Shown here: positions 9,533-19,050 of the stretch, piece after piece
Numbering within the stretch: position 1 is the stretch's first letter
Layout of the letters: each line of letters opens with the position of its first letter
Origin: an uncultured Porticoccaceae bacterium
Lineage (GTDB): Bacteria > Pseudomonadota > Gammaproteobacteria > Pseudomonadales > Porticoccaceae
Length of the DNA: 64,000 nucleotides
Reading direction: 5' to 3'
NCBI GenBank assembly: GCA_965662065.1
Contig: CBFIGD010000003.1
Span: 60,141-124,140, forward strand
Translations under genes and position numbers: made by a program
The notes under the pieces: model-generated
Seen by the model: the letters and a program-made list of their open reading frames with translations, nothing else
Told to the model about the DNA's origin: nothing
Database searches by the model: none

Positions 9533-9566
9533 TTGTGTGATGTAGCAGAATTAAAGCATCACACAA
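9533..9566. repeat. Perfect 10-bp inverted repeat (TTGTGTGATG-N14-CATCACACAA) upstream of the TonB-dependent receptor
   Basis: Read directly from the sequence, 188 nt upstream of ATG 9754. It could be an operator or an RNA hairpin. Confidence 0.5.
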
Positions 9567-9753
9567 ATTCCTACCTTTCAGATCTTTAAGCCCTAGCGCT
9601 TAATAAATAAAAATTATAAAAGGAATTCGCTTTTTATTTTGTATCTCTCCCTTTACAGGGGGCTGGTGGGTAGTTACGTTTTAAAAAATACTCATACTTC
9701 GATCATTTTTGACGTTGAGTAGTAACAAAAATTCATTTTTGGGGGCTTTAAAT

Positions 9754-12576
9754 ATGTACAGAAATAACAAATTAAGTTTGGCAGTTTCGATTGCCATGGG
9801 TGTTTCATTTGCTGGAATGGCGAGCGCGGAACTTGAAGAAGTGATCGTGACAGCAACCAAGCGTGCAGAGAATATGCAAGACGTGGCAATTGCCATATCC
9901 GCACTGGGTGGAGATGCACTGAAAGAGCTCAACGTACAAACTTTTGATGAGTATGTTGAATATTTACCGAATGTTGTTAATGCAGGTATTGGTCCAGGCC
10001 AGAAAGAAATTTATATTCGTGGTTCTGCGTCAGAGCAGGGCTCAGTAACTGTTTCATCGGCCCAGGGTTCTGCGCCAGGTGTTGCTCTTTATCTTGACGA
10101 GATGCCAGTGTCTTTCGGTGCTCGTAACCTTGATTTATATGCCGCTGATCTTCAGCGTGTAGAGGTTCTAGCAGGACCTCAGGGGACTCTGTTCGGTGCT
10201 AGCTCGCAGTCGGGTACGGTTCGAATGATTAGTAACAAGCCTGTGATTGGTGAGTTTGAAGGTAGCATCGATCTCGGTATAAGCACTACAGCTGGTGGTT
10301 CCGACAGCAGTAAAATGGAAGCTATGATCAACATTCCATTGACTGAAAGTGTCGCGTTGAGAATGGTTGCATACAACGACAATCAGGGCGGTTGGATTGA
10401 CAACGTACCAGCAAGCTTTACGCCAAGTGGCACGGTGATCGATCGTAACTCTCTTGGCTATGGCCCTTACTTCAGTAATTTCCCATTGACCACAAAGAAG
10501 ACTGCTTACAATAACGATCTTGTGCAAGAAGACTGGAATGAGGCTACCTACTCAGGGTACCGCATTGGTCTAGCTGCTGATATCAACGAAGACTGGAGTG
10601 TTTTAGTTCAGCATGCCTCTCAGGAATTAGATGTTGAAGGTTCTTTCCTGATTGATCCTCGTTTGGGCGATGACAAGTCGGCAAAGTTTGCGCCAGAGCG
10701 CAACCAGGATGACTTTGGTCTGACAACATGGACTCTTGAAGGCCGTGTGTCTAACCTGGACGTTGTCTACACTGGTGGTTATTTAGATCGTGAAGTTGAC
10801 GCAGTCGTCGATTATACGCATTACAACAATGGTGGTGGTTACATCACTTACTATATGTGTAGTGGTAATATCTATGCCGCTGATCCGGCCACTGAGACAA
10901 ATAGCTGTTTTGATCCAACAAAATTGTATCGTGACGAAAGCACCAATGAGCGTACTACGCATGAATTCCGTATCAGCACAGATGCAGATAATCGCCTCAG
11001 ACTGCTTGGCGGCGTTTACTTTAATGATGTTGAAACTAAAACTATCGGTGAGTTCCAGTACCTGGGTGCCGGCGATACCTTTAGTGAATTCAACCAGCTT
11101 TACTATGGAAATCCTGACTACCCAGCATACCAGCTTGGCAACGTCACTGTAGATACTGCAGGTACCAATGCAGGTAGTACACCTCGCGGACCAGATACTA
11201 CGTTTTACAATGACTTTACGCGTACAGAAGAAGAGATCGCCTTTTTTGGTGAGATTGCCTTCGATGTTACCGATAAGTTAACCGCTTCTATCAGCGCGCG
11301 TAAGTATGAGTTAGATACCCAGCTACAGGGTGCATCTAACTTCTCCTTTGGCTGTCGCTACAATGGTGCCGGTTTGGCCGATCCTGCTACTGGCACTGCT
11401 GCCGACCAGACCGCCGAAACCTGTACTAGTGAGAAATTCAGTAATGACGTTACTGCCCGTCTTGCTACTTTGGGTGCCTATGGTGCGACTGGCGATGAAA
11501 GCCTTATCTTGAATGGCACCAGCCCTTCAGGCGAGAAAGATATGTTCCGTGGTGGCGGTAGCAACCAGGCGACTCTGGATGCGATCAAAAATGGCAAGCT
11601 AGATATTAGCGATCTTAATGCCGATGGTTCGACGACTGAAAAAGACACCATTATCAAGGTATCTCTAGACTACCATCTGACGGATGACATTATGCTATTC
11701 GGTGTTTACTCCGAAGGTTATCGACCAGCGACACAGAACCGAAATGCGGGCCGTTTGTCGGCTAATCAGTCTGGTGTTTATGAAGGCTATGTCGTTCCTG
11801 TTGTTGCAGTGACTGATACCTTGGAAAACATTGAAATTGGTATGAAAGGTACCTTCCTTGATAATACGTTACGTTTTAACGCAACTTACTATCAGGCAGA
11901 TATTGATAATCTTCAGGTGTCTCGTTTTGATCCGTCCAACGTAGCATTCCTGGTGTTTATGGAGAATGTTGGTGATGCTGAGTCTTCAGGTCTCGATGCT
12001 GATTTTGAGTGGGCTGCTTCAGATAATCTGACCATCTCTGGCGCATTTAGCCTCCTAGACACTGAGATTACTCGAGTGAATGATCAGCTTCAGGGAATTG
12101 CAGTTCCTGTCGGTTCTGACCTGCCGCTGTCTTCGGACTTCTCTGGTAACCTTCGCGCTCGTTATAACTTCAGCATGGATACTATGGGTGCTGATGCATT
12201 TGTTGCTGCTTCAATGACTTATCGTGGCGAGACCCTTGCGGGTATCGTGGGTAGTGCTGCATTTATGGATGACACTGGTTTGCTAGCCTATGGCGCTGCA
12301 TCTGGTATTGATCTTCAAAATGAAGGCGGCACCTTCGGATCGGTTAATGACTCAACTGGTGAGTTACCGTTGAATACTCGTTTTGTCAACGATGCAACAG
12401 TGACATTGAACGCCAGCATGGGTATGTCGAAAGACAACTGGAATGCTGAACTCTTCATTAATAACATTACGAGTGAAGATGGCGCTATGGCTCAGACCGC
12501 AGGTAAGTTCTCGGCTGAACAGAGTGTTCTGCGTCCACGTACCATGGGTCTGCGTTTCTCGTATGACTTTGAATAA
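9754..12576 (+). CDS. TonB-dependent outer-membrane receptor
   Basis: Signal peptide MYRNNKLSLAVSIAMGVSFAGMASA, TonB box ELEEVIVTATKR, plug motifs (VEVLAGPQGTLFGASSQSGTVRMISNKP) and a long beta-barrel. Start moved to ATG 9754. Confidence 0.9.
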   Translation: MYRNNKLSLAVSIAMGVSFAGMASAELEEVIVTATKRAENMQDVAIAISALGGDALKELNVQTFDEYVEYLPNVVNAGIGPGQKEIYIRGSASEQGSVTVSSAQGSAPGVALYLDEMPVSFGARNLDLYAADLQRVEVLAGPQGTLFGASSQSGTVRMISNKPVIGEFEGSIDLGISTTAGGSDSSKMEAMINIPLTESVALRMVAYNDNQGGWIDNVPASFTPSGTVIDRNSLGYGPYFSNFPLTTKKTAYNNDLVQEDWNEATYSGYRIGLAADINEDWSVLVQHASQELDVEGSFLIDPRLGDDKSAKFAPERNQDDFGLTTWTLEGRVSNLDVVYTGGYLDREVDAVVDYTHYNNGGGYITYYMCSGNIYAADPATETNSCFDPTKLYRDESTNERTTHEFRISTDADNRLRLLGGVYFNDVETKTIGEFQYLGAGDTFSEFNQLYYGNPDYPAYQLGNVTVDTAGTNAGSTPRGPDTTFYNDFTRTEEEIAFFGEIAFDVTDKLTASISARKYELDTQLQGASNFSFGCRYNGAGLADPATGTAADQTAETCTSEKFSNDVTARLATLGAYGATGDESLILNGTSPSGEKDMFRGGGSNQATLDAIKNGKLDISDLNADGSTTEKDTIIKVSLDYHLTDDIMLFGVYSEGYRPATQNRNAGRLSANQSGVYEGYVVPVVAVTDTLENIEIGMKGTFLDNTLRFNATYYQADIDNLQVSRFDPSNVAFLVFMENVGDAESSGLDADFEWAASDNLTISGAFSLLDTEITRVNDQLQGIAVPVGSDLPLSSDFSGNLRARYNFSMDTMGADAFVAASMTYRGETLAGIVGSAAFMDDTGLLAYGAASGIDLQNEGGTFGSVNDSTGELPLNTRFVNDATVTLNASMGMSKDNWNAELFINNITSEDGAMAQTAGKFSAEQSVLRPRTMGLRFSYDFE

Positions 12577-12600
12577 GCTTTAGCTATTGTTAGACTCTAT

Positions 12601-12631
12601 AGGGCGAACTTCGGTTCGCCCTATTTTTTTA
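12601..12631 (+). terminator. Rho-independent terminator after the receptor gene
   Basis: AGGGCGAAC-TTCG-GTTCGCCCT followed by ATTTTTTTA. Confidence 0.75.
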
Positions 12632-12647
12632 TTGCCGAGAAAATACT

Positions 12648-14654
12648 ATGACCCAGCCAAACTCAACGACAGCAGCCGATGTGGATCAAGCGCAGAGATT
12701 GCTGGCGGCAAGTAAGCTCGAAGATGCCCACAAGCTTATTGATAATGTACTTGCCCAGAGTCCCGATAACGCTGATGCACTGTATACCTTCGCGGTGATT
12801 CAGCGGCTTAAAAAAGGTCATGTAGAGGCTTTAAAAACCTTAGATAAAGTCTTGCAGCAGCAGCCCAACCTGGCACGAGCCTATCAAGAGCGGGCCCTTA
12901 ATGAGTTGTCGTTAAATAACCCAATGCCGGCGGGAAAGGCTTTGGAGGCAGCGGTAGCATTGGACCCGTCGCTATTAAAAAGCTGGCAGCTTCTTGTGCC
13001 TCTGTACAAGGCCAGCGGCAGCAGTAAAGCTCGCGATGCCCAACAGCAGGTAGATTTTTTGCAAACCCTACCTAGCGAACTTCTCACTGCAATTAGTTAT
13101 TTATCGGCTGACCGTTTGCTGGAAGCTGAGAGAGTTTGTCGCGGCTTCTTAATGCAGAATAAAACGCATGTTGAGGGTATGCGTCTATTGGCCGAAATTG
13201 CCACACGCAACAATATTCTCGAAGATGCAGAGTTTTTACTGGAGAGTGTTGTTGAGTTTGCGCCGGAGCATCTGGATGGCAATATTCAATACGCCCATAT
13301 CTTATTGCGTCGACAGCGCTTTCATCGAGCTTATGATCAGGCTAAAAAAGTATTTGATAATTATCCTGACGCGCGAGCGCGAACTCAGCCAGTCTATGCG
13401 TCTGCCTGCTTTGGCGTGGGCAGAAGTGAGGAAGCGATTGAGCAGTACCTGGAAATGATTGAGTCAGACCCCAGTAATTCGCAGCTCTATGTGTCGCTGG
13501 GTCATATCCATAATACTCAGGGCGATCCCGACAAGGCCGCCGAGGCCTTTAAGCAGGCCTATAAGCTTAATCCCAATTTTGGCGATGCCTATTGGAGCTT
13601 GGCCAATACCAAGTCTTACAAGTTCGATGACCAGCAGGTTGGCGCCATGCAGGAGTCAGAAGCCAGTGCTGATATTCCCTCACTAGATCAGATTCAAATC
13701 AATTTTGCCTTGGGTAAGGCATTTGAAGATCGCCATGACTATACGCAGGCATTTCATCATTACGCCAAGGGCAATGCGTTAAAGAAGCCCACAACGCATT
13801 ATGCTGCAGGGCACCTGCAACGCCGAATTGATTCCCAAATTGCAGTTTGCACGCGTGAATTTCTAGAATCGAAGCAAGGGTTAGGCAATAGCTCACCGGA
13901 TCCTATTTTTATCGTCGGGTTACCGCGTTCAGGCTCTACATTGCTGGAGCAAATTCTGGCCTCGCACTCACAGGTGGACGGCACCATGGAGCTGCATAAT
14001 ATATTGGACCTGGCTAAGCGACTGCGCGGCAGAGATAATGAGAATGACGAGAACCCCAGATATCCGCAGATAATAACTGAATTAGATGACAGCTATTTTG
14101 CGCGTTTTGGTGATCAGTTTATGCAGGACACTCAGGTTTATAGAGACGCCGCGCCGTTCTTTACGGATAAGATGCCCAACAATTTTTTTCATATAGGTCT
14201 AATTAAACTAATCTTACCTAACGCCAAGGTTATCGATGCGCGTCGTCACCCTATGGCTTGCTGCTTTAGTGGTTTCAAACAACTGTTTGGTGAGGGGCAG
14301 GAATTTTCCTATGGCCTGGCAGACATAGGTAATTATTATCGCCAGTATATTAAGTTGATGGATCACTGGGATCAGGTTCTGCCGGACTTTGTACTGCGTG
14401 TTCAGCATGAGGACGTTGTAGATGACCTGGAAACACAGGTTCGTCGTATTCTTAACTTTTGTGGTCTGCCTTTCGAGGAAGCCTGTTTGGCGTTCCATAA
14501 AACGGAGCGCAGTGTGCGTACTCCGAGTGCAGAGCAGGTTCGCCAACCAATTTACAAAACCGGACTGGATCAATGGCGTAACTTTGAAGAACACCTGCAG
14601 CCGTTAATCGATGCACTGGGACCCGATGTGTTAAAGCGTTATCCCATCAATTAG
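12648..14654 (+). CDS. TPR-repeat protein fused to a PAPS-dependent sulfotransferase domain
   Basis: The N-terminal ~400 aa are TPR-like repeats. The C-terminal domain has the 5'-phosphosulfate loop GLPRSGSTLLEQ and the 3'-phosphate motif IDARRHPMACCFS. Confidence 0.85.
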   Translation: MTQPNSTTAADVDQAQRLLAASKLEDAHKLIDNVLAQSPDNADALYTFAVIQRLKKGHVEALKTLDKVLQQQPNLARAYQERALNELSLNNPMPAGKALEAAVALDPSLLKSWQLLVPLYKASGSSKARDAQQQVDFLQTLPSELLTAISYLSADRLLEAERVCRGFLMQNKTHVEGMRLLAEIATRNNILEDAEFLLESVVEFAPEHLDGNIQYAHILLRRQRFHRAYDQAKKVFDNYPDARARTQPVYASACFGVGRSEEAIEQYLEMIESDPSNSQLYVSLGHIHNTQGDPDKAAEAFKQAYKLNPNFGDAYWSLANTKSYKFDDQQVGAMQESEASADIPSLDQIQINFALGKAFEDRHDYTQAFHHYAKGNALKKPTTHYAAGHLQRRIDSQIAVCTREFLESKQGLGNSSPDPIFIVGLPRSGSTLLEQILASHSQVDGTMELHNILDLAKRLRGRDNENDENPRYPQIITELDDSYFARFGDQFMQDTQVYRDAAPFFTDKMPNNFFHIGLIKLILPNAKVIDARRHPMACCFSGFKQLFGEGQEFSYGLADIGNYYRQYIKLMDHWDQVLPDFVLRVQHEDVVDDLETQVRRILNFCGLPFEEACLAFHKTERSVRTPSAEQVRQPIYKTGLDQWRNFEEHLQPLIDALGPDVLKRYPIN

Positions 14655-14656
14655 CA

Positions 14657-15280
14657 GTGATAGTTTCTCATGCTAAAAAGTGTATATTTTTTGCGGTGCC
14701 CAAAACCGGGACCCATGCAGTTCGTGAGCTGCTAAGGAGCCACAAAGGGCCAGAAGACTGGGAACAGCAAATATTATTTGGTGAGCAGTTCTTACCTATT
14801 CCAGCGATAGCAAAAATTCAACATGGGCATATTAGTGCTCAACAGATTAGGCCGCACCTGGATAAAGCTATGTGGCAAGACTATTTTAAATTTGCCATTG
14901 TTCGAAATCCCTTTGATCGATTCATCTCTATTTGTTTTTTCTTGAATCGAAAAAATCCTCTGTTCCTTGAAACACCGCTGCAGTGGATGAAGTCTGCGAT
15001 TCAGGTGCAGCGATTTAGACAGCGAGTATTAGTAAAACCGCAATATCTGCAGTTAACTGACGAGCAGGGCAATATCGCCATGGACTATGTTGGCCGTTAT
15101 GAGACGCTACAGGATTCTGTCGATGAGATTTGTCAAAGGTTGCAGATTAAGTCGAGTCAGCTGCAGAAAAGAAATACTTCAGAGCATCAACAGTACCCTG
15201 AGTACTATGATGAAGAGCTTAAATCTGCGGTCGAAACGTTCTATCAAGAAGACCTGAAAAGATTTAATTATTCCTATTAG
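14657..15280 (+). CDS. Small sulfotransferase (family-2/carbohydrate-type motifs)
   Basis: GTG start 3 nt after the previous stop. Motifs FFAVPKTGTHAVRELL (5'-PSB-like) and FAIVRNPFDRFIS (3'-PB-like). Confidence 0.65.
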   Translation: MIVSHAKKCIFFAVPKTGTHAVRELLRSHKGPEDWEQQILFGEQFLPIPAIAKIQHGHISAQQIRPHLDKAMWQDYFKFAIVRNPFDRFISICFFLNRKNPLFLETPLQWMKSAIQVQRFRQRVLVKPQYLQLTDEQGNIAMDYVGRYETLQDSVDEICQRLQIKSSQLQKRNTSEHQQYPEYYDEELKSAVETFYQEDLKRFNYSY

Positions 15281-16256
15281 TGTAGGCGCCCATCTGCTCG
15301 ATATTCAGTGCGGCATGGATCAGGCGCTGCATAATAATCGGGTTTAGCCCCACCTGATTATTGCTATTAACCAGTGCTCTCGGATTGTCGTCAAGCTGGC
15401 TTGCTGCGCGACCCAATAGTTCACGATAGGTTGTCCAGCCAGCCTCTTCATAGCCATATAGGTGCCAGGTTTTACGCCAGTCTTTGGCCAGGCTCAGCAA
15501 CAGGTTTTTATATCTGGTGGATAGCTGTGAATCATTCTCGGGATTATTTTCAATATCGGCAATCAACTCATTGGCAATAGCTTCAAATTCACCTGGCGCC
15601 ATCACTGGAGCAATATTATAGCGCTCCGTTTTAATGCTGGCCTGCTGTCCCGGCTGGTAGGGGTACGGATTAATTTTAGCCTGTAGCTCCGGTGCAGTGT
15701 CCTCTACACCAAAGGACTCCATCTCGCGTACTGTCTGCCAAAAGCGCGAAGAACCTGAGGTATCTATCACCAGATGAACGCGATCCTGGTCACTGGCATT
15801 GATCACTTTATGTCGACGCCAGGAATCGAATATCCAGCATTCTCCCGCGCGCATATGAATCGCCTGATTACCACAGTGAAAGATGACATTTGGGTTAGTA
15901 ATGATAGGAATATGGATTCTAACTCTGCTATACCAGTGGTAATTAAAATCCACATGCTCACTGACCTCTGCGCCGGCATTCAGGCGCATAAGTCTTGAGC
16001 GCGCCAACACCTCCCCAAAACTGGCCATCACCTGCTGCATATATTCGCAGCTGTGCAATGCTGATGTGGTAGCCATAGGCCCATCGAAATCATTGTTACG
16101 CTGACCATTTAGAGAGATCAGTGGAATGGCCAGATTGCCGGCCAATTTAGAAGGGTGCTCCATCCAGTCGCTGGCAACAAACTTGGCAATTTCGCTCTGC
16201 AGTTGAAGAGCATCAAATTGATAGGGAAGTCGCACGAAAGGTTGGGCTAGTTTCAT
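15264..16256 (-). CDS. Aspartyl/asparaginyl beta-hydroxylase-family Fe(II)/2-oxoglutarate oxygenase (cupin)
   Basis: Motif EHVDFNYHWYSRVRIHIPIITNPNVIFHCG...WIFDSWRRHKVINASDQDRVHLVID matches the AspH/LpxO family core. No transmembrane segment. The 3' end overlaps the sulfotransferase 3' end by 17 nt. Confidence 0.8.
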   Translation of the reverse strand: MKLAQPFVRLPYQFDALQLQSEIAKFVASDWMEHPSKLAGNLAIPLISLNGQRNNDFDGPMATTSALHSCEYMQQVMASFGEVLARSRLMRLNAGAEVSEHVDFNYHWYSRVRIHIPIITNPNVIFHCGNQAIHMRAGECWIFDSWRRHKVINASDQDRVHLVIDTSGSSRFWQTVREMESFGVEDTAPELQAKINPYPYQPGQQASIKTERYNIAPVMAPGEFEAIANELIADIENNPENDSQLSTRYKNLLLSLAKDWRKTWHLYGYEEAGWTTYRELLGRAASQLDDNPRALVNSNNQVGLNPIIMQRLIHAALNIEQMGAYTNRNN

Positions 16257-16410
16257 AGGCTCGATTGAATGTTAGTTATGGAATGCGTGTGTTGAGTATA
16301 AGCGCCGACTGTTATTGGTGCAATTTGGATGCCGCTTTTAGAAATCTTATTGGGCTGTAAGTCTGTATACTTTTCATCATAAAAATCTGATTTGATTATA
16401 GGGGTGATGC

Positions 16411-17424
16411 ATGTCTGCAATAATTATGTCCGAACGAGAGGTCCAGCAGCTGGTGGAAGACTGCCTGACCAGCAATGGCTGTAACCATGAAAATGCCGCA
16501 GCACTTGGCCGCACGATAGCCTCAGCAGAGCGCGACGGTAGTGCTTCTCATGGATTATTTAGAATGCCTGGCTACATTGCTTCGCTGCGTAGCGGCAAGG
16601 TCAATGGCAATGCCAAACCTACAGTGACTCGCCTTTCACCGTCGGTGGTTAAAGTCGATGGCGATCATGGCTATGCACCACTGGCGTTGGAGAAAGGGCG
16701 CGAAGCATTAATAGAAGCTGCCCGTGAAAATGGTATTGCCGCTATGGCACTGGTCAATGTGCACCATTTTGCTGCGCTCTGGGTTGAAGTAGAGCCTATT
16801 GCCGAGGCAGGTTTGGCTGCGATGGCTTTTACAACCTATAAGCCGGCAGTGGTTCCCGCTGGCGCAAAACAGCCATTATTTGGTACCAACCCTATGTGCT
16901 TTGGCTGGCCCCGTGGTGATAAGCCGCCAATGGTATTTGATCAGGCATCGGCGTCTATGGCGCGTGGAGAAGTCATGATTGCCGCGCGTGATGGCCATGC
17001 GGTGCCACTGGGTACAGGCGTGGATGCAGACGGCAACCCGACCACAGAGCCACAGAAGATTATTGATGGCGGTGCACTGTTGCCCTTTGGTGGTCACAAA
17101 GGCTCGACCATTGCCATGATGATTGAGTTGCTGGTTGCTGGCCTTACCGGCATGGACTTTAGCTACGAGGCGCAGAAAAATGATAATAACGATGGCGGCC
17201 CGCCAAATGGCGGCGAATTTATGCTGGCTATCGATCCCAATCGCTTTGGTGATGCACAGGGTTGGTTACGTCATTCTGAGGCGTTTTTAGAGCGCCTAGC
17301 TGATATGGAAGGTGCGCATATGCCCGGTAACCGCCGTTACGCCAACCGTGCCAAGTCCGCAGTGGATGGGATTAGCCTGAGCGAAAAGGTCTATGCCAGC
17401 TGTCTTGAGTTTATTAATGTTTAG
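16411..17424 (+). CDS. Ldh_2-family NAD(P)H oxidoreductase, DpkA-like (delta1-piperideine/pyrroline-2-carboxylate reductase / N-methyl-amino-acid dehydrogenase type)
   Basis: Motifs SHGLFRMPGY, HHFAALWVEVEPIAEAGL, KQPLFGTNP and GVDADGNPTTEPQKIIDGGALLPFGGHKGS. These closely parallel my recollection of Pseudomonas DpkA. Confidence 0.8.
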   Translation: MSAIIMSEREVQQLVEDCLTSNGCNHENAAALGRTIASAERDGSASHGLFRMPGYIASLRSGKVNGNAKPTVTRLSPSVVKVDGDHGYAPLALEKGREALIEAARENGIAAMALVNVHHFAALWVEVEPIAEAGLAAMAFTTYKPAVVPAGAKQPLFGTNPMCFGWPRGDKPPMVFDQASASMARGEVMIAARDGHAVPLGTGVDADGNPTTEPQKIIDGGALLPFGGHKGSTIAMMIELLVAGLTGMDFSYEAQKNDNNDGGPPNGGEFMLAIDPNRFGDAQGWLRHSEAFLERLADMEGAHMPGNRRYANRAKSAVDGISLSEKVYASCLEFINV

Positions 17425-17591
17425 TAATTTTATATCTAAAAGGGTATAAATTAATTAGGCTTGTAACAGTCTCTAAATGATTGATTAGATTGACAGCTGG
17501 TTAGCGTCAAAAATAGACGGCTAGGACGTAACTTGATCGCAATAGGCCGCTAAAGCCAGTTATAACCAGAAAAAATTAAAGGGGAGTCAGC

Positions 17592-19037
17592 ATGAGTCAA
17601 GACATATTCCAGAACTATATCAATGGCCAGTGGGTGGGCAGTTCAGCCGTTATAGAAAATATTAACCCGTCAGATATCAGTGATGTAGTGGGGCACTATG
17701 CCAAAGCGTCTTCGGAAGACTGTCTAGCAGCCATTGCTGCAGCTAACAGTGCATTTGATGGCTGGTCACAAAGTGGCCTTGAGCAGCGCAAGCAGGTGCT
17801 CGATTTTATTGGTGCCGAGTTGATTGCTCGCAGCGGTGAAATTGGTGAAATTCTCGCCCGTGAAGAGGGTAAAACCCGTGCAGAGGGGGTAGGTGAAGTC
17901 TATCGCTCTGGCCAGTTCTTTCAATATTACGGCGCCGAAGCGCTGCGTTTGATGGGTGAAAACACGCAATCTGTGCGCCCTGGTGTGGATGTAGAGGTTC
18001 ACCGTGAAGCGCTGGGTGTGATTGGGATTGTGACGCCATGGAATTTCCCTATGGCAGTAGCGGCATGGAAAGTTGCCCCCGCATTGGCCTACGGCAATGC
18101 AGTGGTCCTTAAACCTGCCGAGCTGGTGCCAGCCAGTGCCTGGATACTGGCAGATATCATTAGCCGCAGTGGCCTGCCTGCTGGAGTCTTTAACCTGGTT
18201 ATGGGTTCTGGTCGCGATGTCGGCGAAACCCTTTGCACATCCCCCGATATTCAGGCGGTAACCTTTACCGGCTCTGTGGGCGTAGGTCGTCATATCGCAC
18301 GCAATGCGATCGACAATATGGCCCGTGTGCAGCTTGAGATGGGCAGTAAGAATGCCCTGGTTGTCCTCGATGATGCCGATATTGATACCGCGGTGACCTG
18401 CGCTGTTGCCGGTGGTTATTTTGGTACCGGACAAAAATGTACCGCCTCTTCAAGAATAATTGTACAGGCCGGTATCCATGATGAGTTTGTTAAAAAAATG
18501 ACGGCTGCTGTCAGCGAACTGGTGGTCGGTCATGCTTTGGCTGAGGGCTCACAGATCGGTCCAGTGGTGGATGCCCGTCAGCTTGAGCAAAATCTCGACT
18601 ATATGCAGATTGCTGTGGATGAGGGTGCCCAGCTAGTGGTGGGTGGTGAGCGTTTGCAGTTAGACACCGAGGGTTTCTTTATGTCGCCCGCGCTGTTTAT
18701 TAATACCAATAATCAGATGCGTATTAACCGCGAAGAAGTTTTTGCTCCCATTGCCTGTGTGATTAAAGTTGATAGTTATGACGAGGCCCTGGAGGTCTCT
18801 AATGATTCGGACTTTGGTTTGACCTCGGGTATTATTACCAACTCGCTCAAGTATGCCGGTCACTTTAAACGCCACTCCAAATCAGGCTGTGTGATGGTTA
18901 ATTTGCCCACGGCGGGTACTGATTATCATGTCCCCTTTGGTGGTCGTAAAAACTCGAGCTACGGTGCGCGAGAGCAGGGCCAATATGCGCGCGAGTTCTA
19001 CACTATTATAAAAACTAACTACAGCAAACCTTATTAA
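17592..19037 (+). CDS. NAD(P)+ aldehyde dehydrogenase (semialdehyde / 2,5-dioxovalerate dehydrogenase-like)
   Basis: 481 aa. Catalytic Glu motif VQLEMGSKNA and Cys motif GQKCTASSR. N-terminus is YINGQWVGSS...NPSD. Confidence 0.9.
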   Translation: MSQDIFQNYINGQWVGSSAVIENINPSDISDVVGHYAKASSEDCLAAIAAANSAFDGWSQSGLEQRKQVLDFIGAELIARSGEIGEILAREEGKTRAEGVGEVYRSGQFFQYYGAEALRLMGENTQSVRPGVDVEVHREALGVIGIVTPWNFPMAVAAWKVAPALAYGNAVVLKPAELVPASAWILADIISRSGLPAGVFNLVMGSGRDVGETLCTSPDIQAVTFTGSVGVGRHIARNAIDNMARVQLEMGSKNALVVLDDADIDTAVTCAVAGGYFGTGQKCTASSRIIVQAGIHDEFVKKMTAAVSELVVGHALAEGSQIGPVVDARQLEQNLDYMQIAVDEGAQLVVGGERLQLDTEGFFMSPALFINTNNQMRINREEVFAPIACVIKVDSYDEALEVSNDSDFGLTSGIITNSLKYAGHFKRHSKSGCVMVNLPTAGTDYHVPFGGRKNSSYGAREQGQYAREFYTIIKTNYSKPY

Positions 19038-19050
19038 TCGGAGCCCAGTG

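Noticed and set aside
9501-9545. 14-codon ORF MVYLCYGEPVFCVM upstream of the receptor/sulfotransferase module, considered as a possible Tyr-sulfated precursor peptide.
   Set aside because: It has no Shine-Dalgarno sequence and no acidic residue next to Tyr as in known sulfation sites. It overlaps the inverted repeat, so chance explains it more simply.
17766-18434. Long antisense ORFs inside confirmed genes. Examples: 222 aa opposite the ALDH, 183 aa at 19135-19686 opposite the dipeptidase, 168 aa at 36754-37260 opposite soxA, 157 aa at 27282-27755, 145 aa at 45215-45652 and 140 aa at 40810-41232.
   Set aside because: Each lies fully within a gene that has strong family motifs on the other strand. 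Their translations are Arg/Gly/His/Cys-rich low-complexity sequences with no motifs. This is the usual shadow-ORF effect of codon bias.
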